From NCBI RefSeq assembly GCF_004376175.1, contig NZ_SNUY01000006.1, positions 30,001-62,000 of the forward strand: a stretch of DNA of 32,000 bases, given 5' to 3'. The position numbers were made by a program, and so were the translations under genes. The DNA comes from Halalkalibacterium halodurans (GTDB lineage Bacteria > Bacillota > Bacilli > Bacillales > Bacillaceae_D). Under the pieces are notes generated by a model. That model saw only the letters and a program-made list of their open reading frames with translations, did not search any database and was not told where the DNA came from. Position 1 is the stretch's first letter. The number at the start of each line of letters is the position of its first letter. Positions 1 to 8,616 of the stretch are shown in pieces.

Positions 1-251
1 ACAATCGACTCATTTGAAAAGATTGTATCCACTTTTCCTGCTTCATTTGTTCCACTAATGGGTAAAAGAATCGCATCTACCGTATTCCAGTCCACTTCAT
101 CGATTCTCATTTTCGTAACACCGATAAAGCCATCATCCAACTGATCGAATCCGACAAGGGATATCTTCGCATCAAAGGTGGACAGCTTTCGAATAATCTC
201 TAGTTGTCTGGCATCACCGCCGATAATGACGACGTGCTTTCCCGTTAACAT
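1..251 (-). CDS. dpaA: Dipicolinate synthase subunit A (SpoVFA/DpaA); first ~83 codons only, gene continues beyond the window start
   Basis: Absent from the ORF track because it runs off the window. The reverse complement from ATG (249-251) reads MLTGKHVVIIGGDARQLEIIRKLSTFDAKISLVGFDQLDDGFIGVTKMRIDEVDWNTVDAILLPISGTNEAGKVDTIFSNESI. This matches the N-terminus of SpoVFA, including the IGGDARQLEIIRKL motif. GGAG lies 8 nt upstream. The position after ymxH is conserved. Confidence 0.85.
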   Translation of the reverse strand, partial: MLTGKHVVIIGGDARQLEIIRKLSTFDAKISLVGFDQLDDGFIGVTKMRIDEVDWNTVDAILLPISGTNEAGKVDTIFSNESI

Positions 252-313
252 CTTGCTGACTCCTTTCTTTTCCCCCATTCATCCAAGGAATGACGGGGTG
301 CAGCCATTCACGA

Positions 314-343
314 TAGCTTATGAAAAGCCATGACATTCGGTGA
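314..343 (-). promoter_or_regulatory. Sigma-K-type sporulation promoter candidate for dpaA
   Basis: The minus strand reads cattCAC-cgaatgtcatggctttt-CATAagcTA. That is AC, a 17-nt spacer, then CATAnnnTA, matching the published sigma-K consensus (AC-17-CATANNNTA). It sits about 60 nt upstream of the dpaA ATG. The spoVF operon is sigma-K dependent in B. subtilis. Confidence 0.4.
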
Positions 344-378
344 ATGGTAGATGCGGAGCCTGTCCTTCTTTCTACATT

Positions 379-421
379 AAAAAAGGCTGGTTTCCCCCTA
401 AATAAAGGAAGGTCACCAGCC
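379..421 (-). terminator. Putative intrinsic terminator downstream of ymxH
   Basis: The minus strand has GGCTGGT...ACCAGCC (7-bp outer stem, 385-391 / 415-421) enclosing a partly paired interior. TTTTTT follows (plus-strand A-run 379-384). It starts 17 nt after the ymxH stop. The large loop lowers confidence. Confidence 0.5.
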
Positions 422-437
422 ACTCATAGGAGTCTTT

Positions 438-686
438 TTATGATGACTCCATATGCTCTAGATCAATGATGATCATGTCTTGACCAATTTTTTTGATCTG
501 ATCCCAATAAACCGTCACTTCTTTTTCCTTTTTACCAAACCCAAACCAACGCATCGTTGGAATGATGAATGCCTCAATTTGCCCATTTTCCTCGTCGATG
601 ACTAAGTCCGTTTGACCGAGTACCCCTAGACGTTCGCCTCTTTGAAAATCAATAATCTCTTTACCGCTAATTTCACTTAGCCGCAT
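438..686 (-). CDS. ymxH: YlmC/YmxH-family PRC-barrel sporulation protein (82 aa)
   Basis: Translation MRLSEISGKEIIDFQRGERLGVLGQTDLVIDEENGQIEAFIIP... is typical of YmxH. I trimmed the ORF-track start (713) to the ATG at 684-686, which has GGGAGGG 6-7 nt upstream. The two earlier in-frame Met codons lack usable SD spacing. The position between mlpA and dpaA is conserved. Confidence 0.85.
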   Translation of the reverse strand: MRLSEISGKEIIDFQRGERLGVLGQTDLVIDEENGQIEAFIIPTMRWFGFGKKEKEVTVYWDQIKKIGQDMIIIDLEHMESS

Positions 687-737
687 CGGCATCCCTCCCG
701 TACAATTTCCCATAGTTCACATGTATGAGGAAACGAA

Positions 738-765
738 CAAAAAAAGACCAGCGAGGCGCTGATCT
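738..765 (-). terminator. Intrinsic terminator after mlpA
   Basis: Minus strand: AGATCAGCG-CCT-CGCTGGTCT (9-bp stem with one G.U) followed by TTTTTTTGTT. It begins 12 nt after the mlpA stop. Confidence 0.7.
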
Positions 766-776
766 TTGTTTTTCTA

Positions 777-2018
777 TTAGTGAATCAATGCTTTTGGAAG
801 CTCACCGTTTGCATTAATCAAAGAAATGGACGGACTAGCAGATAAGAGTATTTTCGCTAAACGAGACACATCTTGCTTTTGAACTGCATTAATCTGTTCG
901 ATCATTTCATCCAATGAACGATGTTTTTTTAATAACAGTTCATTTTTCCCATTCCTACTCATGCGGCTATTCGTGCTTTCCAAGCTTAGCATGAGGCTCC
1001 CTTTTAGCTGTTCTTTTCCGTTTTCCAATTCCTTTTCCGTCAAACCCTTTTCGGCCAGGGCTGACGTTGTCTCTTGAATCGAATAAACTAAATCATCTAG
1101 CTGGTCATGGCCTGTTCCTGCATAGATTGTAAGCATACCGCTATCCCGGAACGAAGAATGGTAGGAAAACACGGAGTAACAGAGCCCTCGCTTCTCGCGA
1201 ATGTCTTGAAACAGCCGGCTGCTCATACTACCACCTAAAACATTGTTCAACAACACAAGGGCATACACATCCTTGTCCCCAATCGGAAGTCCTGGATAAC
1301 CGAGACATAAGTGGGCTTGCTCCGTCTCTTTTTTACGTACAATCCGATTCGGAAGAAACATCGGCTTTTCCCCTTGATAGTTATAGGTTGTCGGCTTCAC
1401 CTGACTAAACGTTTCCTTGATTTTATCAATCAGTTCATCATGAACATTTCCCGCAACCGAAATGACGACATAGTCACCGGTATAGAAGCGATCCATATAA
1501 TGACGTAACATTCCCTCATTAAATGAATTTAACGTTTCCACCGTTCCGAGAATCGGATACCCGAGAGAGTGCTTTCCATAGGTTGCCGAGCTTAATAAAT
1601 CGTGAACGATATCGTCTGGCGTATCATCAACCATATTAATTTCTTCAAACACGACCTTGCGTTCTTTTTCCAGCTCTTCTTTTTGAAAAGTAGAGTGAAA
1701 GAACATGTCTGAAAGGGTATCAATAGCCTGTCCGGCATGATCGTCTAGAACTTTCGCATAATAGCACGTATATTCTTTCGACGTAAATGCATTGACTTGA
1801 CCGCCAATCGAGTCAAAAAACTCGGCAATCTCCTGAGCAGACCTCGTATTCGTCCCTTTGAAAAACATATGCTCAAGAAAATGAGAGATGCCGTTTTCTT
1901 CAGCTGATTCATGCCTTGAGCCCGTTCCCACCCATATCCCGATGGATACGGAGCGAACGGTTGACATCTTCTCGGTAATAATCCGAACACCGTTATCTAG
2001 CGTCATCGTGTTAATCAT
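777..2018 (-). CDS. mlpA: M16-family zinc peptidase (MlpA/YmxG, insulinase-like), 413 aa
   Basis: HFLEH (HxxEH inverted zinc motif) near the N-terminus: GISHFLEHMFFKGT. The protein aligns along its full length with remembered B. subtilis MlpA (NAFTSKEYTCYYAKVLD, KETEQAHLCLG, LFQDIREKRGLCYSVFSYH). AAGGAGG lies 9 nt upstream of the ATG. Confidence 0.92.
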   Translation of the reverse strand: MINTMTLDNGVRIITEKMSTVRSVSIGIWVGTGSRHESAEENGISHFLEHMFFKGTNTRSAQEIAEFFDSIGGQVNAFTSKEYTCYYAKVLDDHAGQAIDTLSDMFFHSTFQKEELEKERKVVFEEINMVDDTPDDIVHDLLSSATYGKHSLGYPILGTVETLNSFNEGMLRHYMDRFYTGDYVVISVAGNVHDELIDKIKETFSQVKPTTYNYQGEKPMFLPNRIVRKKETEQAHLCLGYPGLPIGDKDVYALVLLNNVLGGSMSSRLFQDIREKRGLCYSVFSYHSSFRDSGMLTIYAGTGHDQLDDLVYSIQETTSALAEKGLTEKELENGKEQLKGSLMLSLESTNSRMSRNGKNELLLKKHRSLDEMIEQINAVQKQDVSRLAKILLSASPSISLINANGELPKALIH

Positions 2019-2039
2019 GCTCGCTTTCCTCCTTACGCC

Positions 2040-3011
2040 TCAAGGAGTTACACCTGCATTGATCCGAGACTCATCCATCAAATCAGAGACTGTTCCAATA
2101 TGCAAGCCTCTATCTTGTATTCCGCGAATTAAGTTTTCCAAACCAGCTGCTGATGACTCCGTTGGATGCATTAAAATCATCGCCCCTGGGTGGACTTTGC
2201 TCAAAACCCGATCAACCATCTCATTTGGATCTGGATTGCGCCAATCGATTGTATCAACAGACCACATAATCGTCCGCATTCCGTGCTCTGCTGCACGCTG
2301 AACGACAAGATCATTGTAGCTGCCGCTTGGAGGGGCAAACCATTTCGGTGTAACTTCAATTGTTGCCTTGATGACTTCATTCGTTTGTACTATTTCTTCA
2401 TCCATTCGTTCACGTGTCAGACGCTGCATATCTGGATGAGAATAGGCATGATTCCCGATTTCATGCCCTTCCTCTACTATCATTGTAGCTAATTGTGGGT
2501 GTTTTTTCACCCATGAGCCGTCAAGAAAAAAAGTGGACTTTACATCGTACTTGTTCATCGTTTTGAGCATTGTGGGCAAATGTTCGTTTCCCCAAGCTAC
2601 ATTTACAAGCAGCGTCACCATCGGCTTTTCTGGATTGCCGCGAAAAACAGGGGAAGGGGGCAAATCGTCTAAATGTACGCTTGGCTTTGTCTCGCGAAAG
2701 ACGAGATAGCGTTCATCGAAGCGCCCCTCCTGCTTCATCCGATTGTACGAGCTCTCTACATCTACCTCAAGCCCATTATAGCCGGGGATCGCTTTCCATA
2801 CGCGATCAATTTTTGCGTCGATGGCAGGCTGCTCGTACTCAGGTGCTCGGTCTTTAATTTCTTCGTAAAGCGAATCTGTCATTTTTGCAACAGGTAGTGC
2901 CTCTTCTTTTAGTTGCCCGATATATTGTGAGGAAAACGGATTTTGAACCGCTCCGTACGTCATGAGTAAAATGATTGCAAATACACAGCCGTGGATGAGT
3001 ATTTTTTTCAT
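2040..3011 (-). CDS. ylxY: Polysaccharide deacetylase-family sporulation protein YlxY (NodB domain, N-terminal signal/anchor), 323 aa
   Basis: Hydrophobic N-terminus MKKILIHGCVFAIILLMTYG. NodB-type motifs are present (TFFLDGSW, GNHAYSHPDM, MILMHP). GGGAGGG lies 7 nt upstream of the ATG. It ends 21 nt upstream of mlpA, and the pnp-ylxY-mlpA order is conserved. Confidence 0.87.
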   Translation of the reverse strand: MKKILIHGCVFAIILLMTYGAVQNPFSSQYIGQLKEEALPVAKMTDSLYEEIKDRAPEYEQPAIDAKIDRVWKAIPGYNGLEVDVESSYNRMKQEGRFDERYLVFRETKPSVHLDDLPPSPVFRGNPEKPMVTLLVNVAWGNEHLPTMLKTMNKYDVKSTFFLDGSWVKKHPQLATMIVEEGHEIGNHAYSHPDMQRLTRERMDEEIVQTNEVIKATIEVTPKWFAPPSGSYNDLVVQRAAEHGMRTIMWSVDTIDWRNPDPNEMVDRVLSKVHPGAMILMHPTESSAAGLENLIRGIQDRGLHIGTVSDLMDESRINAGVTP

Positions 3012-3254
3012 GTGACACCCTCCCTCTTCTATTAACGCTATGCAAGAGGTGGACAGGTTAGAACGTTAGAGAGAGGGGCTTATAATTATGTATAGGAGAG
3101 AGTTCACTTGTCAGCAAACTCTCTAACATCCCTTCATGAGTTAAAGAAAACAAGGTGACTTTAAGGGGCAGCAGAGCCGCAGATGCTGATACTTTACATC
3201 TAAAGTTTTTTCTACGTCGAACGATGTTCACCGCTAATTTTCATGTTTTCTATC

Positions 3255-3296
3255 GTTGAAAAAAGAGACTGGTTTACAGGCTCCAGTCTCTTTCAG
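3255..3296 (-). terminator. Intrinsic terminator immediately after pnp
   Basis: Minus strand: AAAGAGACTGG-(10-nt loop)-CCAGTCTCTTT (11-bp perfect stem, 3262-3272 / 3283-3293) followed by TTTCAACG. The stem starts 3 nt after the pnp stop codon. The flanking A-run and T-run make it potentially bidirectional. Confidence 0.8.
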
Positions 3297-5411
3297 TTAC
3301 TTCTGGTTCTGCTCTTCCGCCTTTTTTTGCTCCTTCAACACTGCTTTGCGCGACAGGTTGACTCGGCCTTGGTTGTCAATTTCCATAACTTTTACGAGAA
3401 TTTCATCGCCGATTTTCACAACATCTTCGACCTTATTTACTCGCTCTTCTGCTAGCTGTGAAATATGAACAAGTCCGTCTTTTCCTTTAAATAGTTCAAC
3501 GAAGGCACCGAACTTTTCAATCCGTTTGACGGTCCCAAGGTACATTTGTCCAACTTCTACTTCCCGAACGATGTCCTCAATAATTTCACGGGCTTTGTTG
3601 TTCATGTTTGTATCAGCTGATGAGATGTAGATCGTCCCATCTTGCTCAATGTCAATCTTTACACCTGTATCTTCAATGATTTTGTTGATCATCTTTCCAC
3701 TTGGTCCAATAACATCACGAATTTTATCAGGATTGATTGTCATTGTTAAGATTTTTGGCGCATATGGTGAAAGCTCACTGCGAGATTCACTAATGGCTTC
3801 AAGCATGTTATCTAGGATGATCATCCGGCCTTTGCGTGCTTGTTCCAGAGCTTGTTCGAGAATAGCTCGATCAATACCAGAAATTTTAATATCCATCTGT
3901 AAGGCCGTTACACCTTTTCTCGTACCCGCCACTTTAAAGTCCATATCACCAAGGGCATCTTCCATTCCTTGAATATCCGTAAGGACGCTCACATGCTCAT
4001 CTTGCTTGACGAGCCCCATCGCAATGCCCGCAACGGGTGCTTTGATTGGAACCCCTGCATCCATCATGGCCAAGGTAGAGGCACAAATGCTCGCTTGTGA
4101 TGTGGACCCGTTCGATTCTAAAACTTCAGAAACGAGACGGATCGTGTATGGAAAATCCTGTTCGCTCGGAATGACCGGCTCTAGCGCTCGCTCCCCTAAT
4201 GCACCGTGACCAATTTCCCGACGTCCTGGTCCACGAATAGGCCCAGTTTCACCCACACTGAATTGTGGGAAGTTATAATGGTGCATAAACCGCTTCGATT
4301 CTTCAATCCCAAGGCCATCAAGAATTTGCACATCACCTAACGCACCGAGTGTACAAATGCTGAGCGCTTGGGTTTGTCCACGTGTGAACAAGCCAGATCC
4401 GTGTGTTCGCGGTAAGATCCCCACTTGTGATGAGAGTGGACGGATTTCATCAATCTCACGACCATCCGGGCGAATCTTTTCCACTGTGATGAGACGACGT
4501 ACTTCTTCCTTGACAATTTTATGTAAGATTTCATTCACTTCAGATAAAGGAACGTCCTCATTGTCTTCATACGTCTCTAATACTTTATCCATCACAGCTT
4601 CAATCGCATCTTGACGGGCATGTTTTTCTGGCACTTGAACTGCTTGCTTTAAATCCTCCTCCGCTTTTACGCGAACTTCTTGTTCAAGCATCGGATCTAC
4701 TTGCTTTAACACCACATCGGTTTTCGATTTTCCAACTTCAGCTGCAATCTTCTCTTGGAATTCAATTAGGCGTTTAATTTCGTTATGACCAAACATGATC
4801 GCTTCTAACATAACATCTTCCGGTACTTCTTCAGCTCCGGCCTCTACCATGTTAATCGCGTCTTTTGTTCCTGCCACCACTAAGTGAATATCGCTTTTCT
4901 CGAGCTGATCCTGCGTTGGGTTAATGACAAATTGTCCGTCAATCCGACCAACCGTCACACCTGCTATAGGTCCTTCAAACGGGATATCAGAGATGGATAG
5001 GGCTAAAGATGATCCTACCATCGCTGCCATTTCAGAGGAACAATCTTGATCCACACTCATGACAATGCTGATCACTTGCACTTCATTACGAAATCCTTCT
5101 GGGAACAACGGTCGGATCGGACGGTCGATTAAACGACTCGCCAAAATCGCTTTTTCACTTGGTCGACCTTCCCGCTTAATGAAGCCACCAGGGATTTTTC
5201 CGGCTGCATAAAGTCGCTCTTCGTAATTAACTGTAAGTGGAAAAAACGGAAGGTCCTTTGGCTCCTTGGATGCAGTAGCTGTTGAAAGAACCGCGGTATC
5301 GCCGTAACGAACTAGTACGGCACCGTTTGCCTGTTTCGCCAACTGGCCTGTCTCCACTGTGAGCTTCCGTCCTGCCCAATCAATAGAAAACTCATGTCTT
5401 TCTTGTTCCAT
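3297..5411 (-). CDS. pnp: Polyribonucleotide nucleotidyltransferase (PNPase), 704 aa
   Basis: Full-length match to PNPase architecture: two RNase PH domains, KH, and S1 ([34 protein letters not shown]). GAGGAG lies 9 nt upstream of the ATG. Confidence 0.97.
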   Translation of the reverse strand: MEQERHEFSIDWAGRKLTVETGQLAKQANGAVLVRYGDTAVLSTATASKEPKDLPFFPLTVNYEERLYAAGKIPGGFIKREGRPSEKAILASRLIDRPIRPLFPEGFRNEVQVISIVMSVDQDCSSEMAAMVGSSLALSISDIPFEGPIAGVTVGRIDGQFVINPTQDQLEKSDIHLVVAGTKDAINMVEAGAEEVPEDVMLEAIMFGHNEIKRLIEFQEKIAAEVGKSKTDVVLKQVDPMLEQEVRVKAEEDLKQAVQVPEKHARQDAIEAVMDKVLETYEDNEDVPLSEVNEILHKIVKEEVRRLITVEKIRPDGREIDEIRPLSSQVGILPRTHGSGLFTRGQTQALSICTLGALGDVQILDGLGIEESKRFMHHYNFPQFSVGETGPIRGPGRREIGHGALGERALEPVIPSEQDFPYTIRLVSEVLESNGSTSQASICASTLAMMDAGVPIKAPVAGIAMGLVKQDEHVSVLTDIQGMEDALGDMDFKVAGTRKGVTALQMDIKISGIDRAILEQALEQARKGRMIILDNMLEAISESRSELSPYAPKILTMTINPDKIRDVIGPSGKMINKIIEDTGVKIDIEQDGTIYISSADTNMNNKAREIIEDIVREVEVGQMYLGTVKRIEKFGAFVELFKGKDGLVHISQLAEERVNKVEDVVKIGDEILVKVMEIDNQGRVNLSRKAVLKEQKKAEEQNQK

Positions 5412-5518
5412 TCAGACGTACTCCTCTCGCACGCAAATTAAACAATCTTTTTTTATTATTGCCGATTTATGAGGAAATTAAAAGAGTCATTACGTAATTT
5501 TGCCTGCCTTTTTCCGTT

Positions 5519-5549
5519 AGAAAAAAGCGGGAAATCTCCCGCTTTTTCT
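5519..5549 (-). terminator. Intrinsic terminator after rpsO (upstream of the pnp leader)
   Basis: Minus strand: AAAAAGCGGGA-GATT-TCCCGCTTTTTT. The GC core is 7 bp (5526-5532 / 5537-5543), extended by A/U pairs, followed by a U-run. It starts about 6 nt after the rpsO stop. Confidence 0.85.
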
Positions 5550-5554
5550 CTTCA

Positions 5555-5824
5555 TTATCGACGTAGGCCAAGCTTATCAACAAGGTTACGATAACGAGTA
5601 ACATCCTTGTTACGCAAATACGTTAACAAGTTACGACGTTGACCTACCATTTTAAGAAGACCACGGCGTGAATGGTGATCCTTTTTGTGCGTACGTAAGT
5701 GCTCGTTCAACGTGTTGATTTGCTCAGTAAGGATAGCCACTTGAACCTCTGGAGAACCTGTATCATTCTCGTGGGTTTTGAACTCATTAATAATTTCATT
5801 TTTGCGTTCTTGTGTTAATGCCAT
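5555..5824 (-). CDS. rpsO: 30S ribosomal protein S15 (89 aa)
   Basis: [64 protein letters not shown]... I trimmed the start to the ATG at 5822-5824, which has AAGGAGGTG 6 nt upstream. The ORF-track start adds 3 unsupported codons. Confidence 0.96.
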   Translation of the reverse strand: MALTQERKNEIINEFKTHENDTGSPEVQVAILTEQINTLNEHLRTHKKDHHSRRGLLKMVGQRRNLLTYLRNKDVTRYRNLVDKLGLRR

Positions 5825-5937
5825 CCTGTCCACCTCCTTTTAGTAAAAACTCCAATTCCCTAGCAAGCGTCGGTGAAATCGTCTTGCCAAGCAATGGATC
5901 TTTTCCGGGATCGTATCTCCCGTTAAGTACAAAGTGT

Positions 5938-5966
5938 AGTTTACAACGTTTCGAATAGAAATGCAA
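5938..5966 (-). promoter_or_regulatory. Sigma-A promoter candidate for rpsO
   Basis: Minus strand: TTGCAT (5961-5966), 17-nt spacer, TAAACT (5938-5943). It lies about 110 nt upstream of the rpsO ATG and 15 nt after the ribF stop. Confidence 0.55.
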
Positions 5967-5980
5967 GCTGAATCTTTATT

Positions 5981-6922
5981 TCATTGATTAAAGTATGCTT
6001 TTGCGGTTTCTGTGTCTTGTTGGATTTGCTTTTTCAAGTCTTCGAGGCTAGCAAATTTTTGCTCTGACCGAATTCGCTTTTTCCAGCGTACGGTTAAGCC
6101 CCGTTCGTAAATATGACTAGCGAAATCAAAGAGATGGACTTCAATCGTCCGCCCGTGACAAGTGGAATCGTGAAAGGTCGGTTTATAGCCGACATTGCAA
6201 ACCCCTTGAAGCGTCCGACCATCAAGAACGGCTTCCACAACATATACGCCCGTCGCCGGAATCATATAGCGAGCAATTGGTGCAACGTTCGCTGTCGGAA
6301 AACCGATTGTCCGCCCTCGCTTTTCTCCATGTACGACCTTCCCTTTCACCTCATAGTCCCTTCCGAGAAACTGAGAGATCTCTTCTACTCTGCCCTCGTC
6401 AAGGAGTTGGCGGATATGTGTTGAACTAATTTTTGTTCCATGCTCCTCCACCTTAGCGACAGTCGTTTGAGAAAAAAGATTACGGGCATGAAACGGGAGG
6501 GTTTCCATCGTTCCTTTTCCGAGCTGGCCGTATGTAAAGTCAAAGCCAGCCACAACATGAATCGTATGTAATGAAAGTAAATACTCATCGACAAACTGCT
6601 GCGGAGTTAATGAAGCGAAAATCTCATTAAATGTTACGACGAATAGCTTATCAACCCCGAGTGTTTCGATTTCTGTGATTTTATCCTCAAGGGGTGTAAT
6701 ATAATACATCGGTTCAGACGGCTTCCGCAACACTTCTTTCGGATGCGGATGAAAGGTCATAACAGCAGACATTGCGCCTTTTTCTTTTGCTATTTTTACA
6801 GCCGTTTCGATCACCGTTCGATGTCCGAGATGCACGCCATCAAAATAACCGAGTGCCATGACGGTTGGCGGATTTTCATGTCGGTCATATTGAATCGGAT
6901 GTGTTAAATAGATGGTTTCCAT
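5981..6922 (-). CDS. ribF: Bifunctional riboflavin kinase / FMN adenylyltransferase (RibF; ribC/ribFC in B. subtilis), 313 aa
   Basis: N-terminal FAD synthetase motifs are present (ALGYFDGVHLGHRTVI, MTFHPHP). The C-terminal riboflavin kinase motifs are also present (GRTIGFPTANV, ...IEVHLFDF). The position after truB is conserved. Confidence 0.94.
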   Translation of the reverse strand: METIYLTHPIQYDRHENPPTVMALGYFDGVHLGHRTVIETAVKIAKEKGAMSAVMTFHPHPKEVLRKPSEPMYYITPLEDKITEIETLGVDKLFVVTFNEIFASLTPQQFVDEYLLSLHTIHVVAGFDFTYGQLGKGTMETLPFHARNLFSQTTVAKVEEHGTKISSTHIRQLLDEGRVEEISQFLGRDYEVKGKVVHGEKRGRTIGFPTANVAPIARYMIPATGVYVVEAVLDGRTLQGVCNVGYKPTFHDSTCHGRTIEVHLFDFASHIYERGLTVRWKKRIRSEQKFASLEDLKKQIQQDTETAKAYFNQ

Positions 6923-6940
6923 CGGCCTTGTTCCCCTTTT

Positions 6941-7855
6941 TTATTGCTGATCATTCGCTAGCATTTTTTCTGGCTTGACGAACCCGTCCTTCGACGGATG
7001 GGCTTTGTAAATAGCAAGCAATGCTCCTTCTTCATTATAAACCGTAAAACGAGGATGATTGAACCATTTTTGTGGCAAGACGGCACCATGGCGAATTTTT
7101 TCCTCTATCTCCTTGTTCACTTGCACACGAGGGATATCTGAGATCGCTGTTTCTATTGGCAGCAACAGCGAGGAACCCTCCCCTTGTTCTAGTCTCTCCT
7201 CTAGTTCTGTAAAGGTGAAGCATTCCTCCAATGAAAAAGGACCTGACTTCGTTCTGACGAGGTCTGACATATGGGCAGGATAGCCGAGCGCCTTTCCTAT
7301 GTCAACCGCTAACGTTCGGACATACGTTCCTTTGCTGCAAGAGACGTTAAACCGAAAGCGACAAACACCTTCTTCATAGACTATATCACTCATTCGTTCG
7401 AGAGAAAAAATAGTGACCGTACGCTCTGGTCGTTCGACAGTGATACCTGCTCGTGCATACTCATACAAGCGCTTTCCTCTCACCTTTACGGCAGAGTACA
7501 TCGGTGGAATTTGTTTAATTTCTCCAACAAATGTTGCGAGCACTTGATCAACTACTGCTTCGACAAACGGCTGCTGAATCGTTTTTGTTTCAACCGTATC
7601 ACCGCTTCGATCCTCCGTTGTCGTCGAAAACCCGATCGTCACTTCACCTTCATAAGCTTTCGGATAGTCGGACATGTACTGGACCACTTTGGTCGCATGG
7701 CCAATACAAACCGGCAATACACCATAAACGTCAGGGTCCAGTGTCCCCGTATGGCCGACTTTTTTCGTTTTCAGTAGTCGCCTAAGCTTCGCCACACAAT
7801 CATGGGATGTCATCCCTCTTGGTTTTGCTAACGGCAAAATTCCTGTCATATCCAT
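6941..7855 (-). CDS. truB: tRNA pseudouridine-55 synthase TruB, 304 aa
   Basis: GILPLAKPRGMTSHDCVAKLRRLLKTKKVGHTGTLDPDVYGVLPVCIG contains the catalytic HTGTLDP motif. The start could alternatively be the third codon (Met). Confidence 0.94.
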   Translation of the reverse strand: MDMTGILPLAKPRGMTSHDCVAKLRRLLKTKKVGHTGTLDPDVYGVLPVCIGHATKVVQYMSDYPKAYEGEVTIGFSTTTEDRSGDTVETKTIQQPFVEAVVDQVLATFVGEIKQIPPMYSAVKVRGKRLYEYARAGITVERPERTVTIFSLERMSDIVYEEGVCRFRFNVSCSKGTYVRTLAVDIGKALGYPAHMSDLVRTKSGPFSLEECFTFTELEERLEQGEGSSLLLPIETAISDIPRVQVNKEIEEKIRHGAVLPQKWFNHPRFTVYNEEGALLAIYKAHPSKDGFVKPEKMLANDQQ

Positions 7856-7911
7856 CGTTCGACTCTCTCCTCTAGCTCGTGCCTATCGGCGTGTGAAAAT
7901 AAGACATAAAG

Positions 7912-7947
7912 ATGGAAAAGAGGATAGGAACCATCGCGTCCTATCCT
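7912..7947 (-). terminator. Hairpin / probable terminator ending the rimP-nusA-infB-rbfA operon
   Basis: Minus strand: AGGATAGGA-(9-nt loop)-TCCTATCCT (perfect 9-bp stem, 7921-7929 / 7939-7947) followed by CTTTTCCATCTTTAT. The U-tract is short, so strength is uncertain. It starts 10 nt after the rbfA stop. Confidence 0.5.
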
Positions 7948-7956
7948 AATGCACCG

Positions 7957-8307
7957 TTACTCCCCATCTCGATTAATATCCTGGAGTAATTTTTCGATGC
8001 GATTTCCGTATTCAATGGATTCATCAAAATGGAAAAACAATTCAGGGGTTTTTCGTAAGCGAATCCGTTTACCGATTTCTGAGCGAATAAATCCTTTTGC
8101 CTTTGAAAGTCCAGCAAGAGTAGCCTCTTTTTGCTCATCATCACCAAGGACCGTAATATACACATTGGCTTGCTGCAAATCACCTGTAACGTCGACCCCA
8201 GTAACCGTCACAAATTCAATTCGCGGATCTTTCAGTTCCCGCATAAAAATATCGCTTAACTCTTTTTTCATTTGTTCACCGACACGGTTGGCACGAACAT
8301 TGCTCAT
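7957..8307 (-). CDS. rbfA: Ribosome-binding factor A, 116 aa
   Basis: [55 protein letters not shown] is typical RbfA. AAGAGGTG lies 8 nt upstream of the ATG. Confidence 0.94.
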   Translation of the reverse strand: MSNVRANRVGEQMKKELSDIFMRELKDPRIEFVTVTGVDVTGDLQQANVYITVLGDDEQKEATLAGLSKAKGFIRSEIGKRIRLRKTPELFFHFDESIEYGNRIEKLLQDINRDGE

Positions 8308-8334
8308 GAATTTTTCACCTCTTTTCGCTCGATG

Positions 8335-8616
8335 TTATAACCATTCGTAATTCGTGAGCGCTCGCTCAAGAGCTGGCTCCCCGTCAATAAGGGAAAGGGA
8401 GCGTTGTAGCTCCCGTTCGGCTACCCTGCGATCAGAAGCGACTGTGACAATTGAAAGCTCGGCCCGCTGCCACACATCTTGATAGTTCGTTTCCGCGACC
8501 GCGACATTGTACCGTTGCTTTAGCCGTGTTAACACACTTTTTAAGACCGCGCGCTTTGCTTTTAATGAGTTGACATCATAGATGATCAGCTCACAGTACA
8601 CAGCGCCAATGATCAT
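8335..8616 (-). CDS. ylxP: DUF503-family protein YlxP, 93 aa
   Basis: The size, position between infB and rbfA, and sequence ([33 protein letters not shown]...WQRAEL) fit YlxP. Its ATG overlaps the infB stop as ATGA (8613-8616). Confidence 0.85.
   Translation of the reverse strand: MIIGAVYCELIIYDVNSLKAKRAVLKSVLTRLKQRYNVAVAETNYQDVWQRAELSIVTVASDRRVAERELQRSLSLIDGEPALERALTNYEWL

Noticed and set aside
214-423. 69-aa minus-strand ORF in the ymxH-dpaA spacer
   Set aside because: It overlaps the dpaA start in another frame, the sigma-K-type promoter and the ymxH terminator hairpin. It has no SD, and its W/R-rich composition is unlike that of the neighbouring genes.
700-715. CATACATG (sigma-E -10-like) upstream of ymxH
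   Set aside because: The last consensus position is mismatched, and no ATA-type -35 lies at ~14-nt spacing. This is too weak to call.
5489-5498. Perfect 10-bp palindrome ATTACGTAAT in the pnp leader/promoter region
   Set aside because: About 30 perfect 10-bp palindromes are expected by chance in 32 kb (32000 x 4^-5). I know of no regulator motif that matches it.
7881-7890. GCCGATAG (sigma-D -10-like) upstream of truB
   Set aside because: There is no TAAA at the proper spacing, and truB has no known link to the flagellar regulon.
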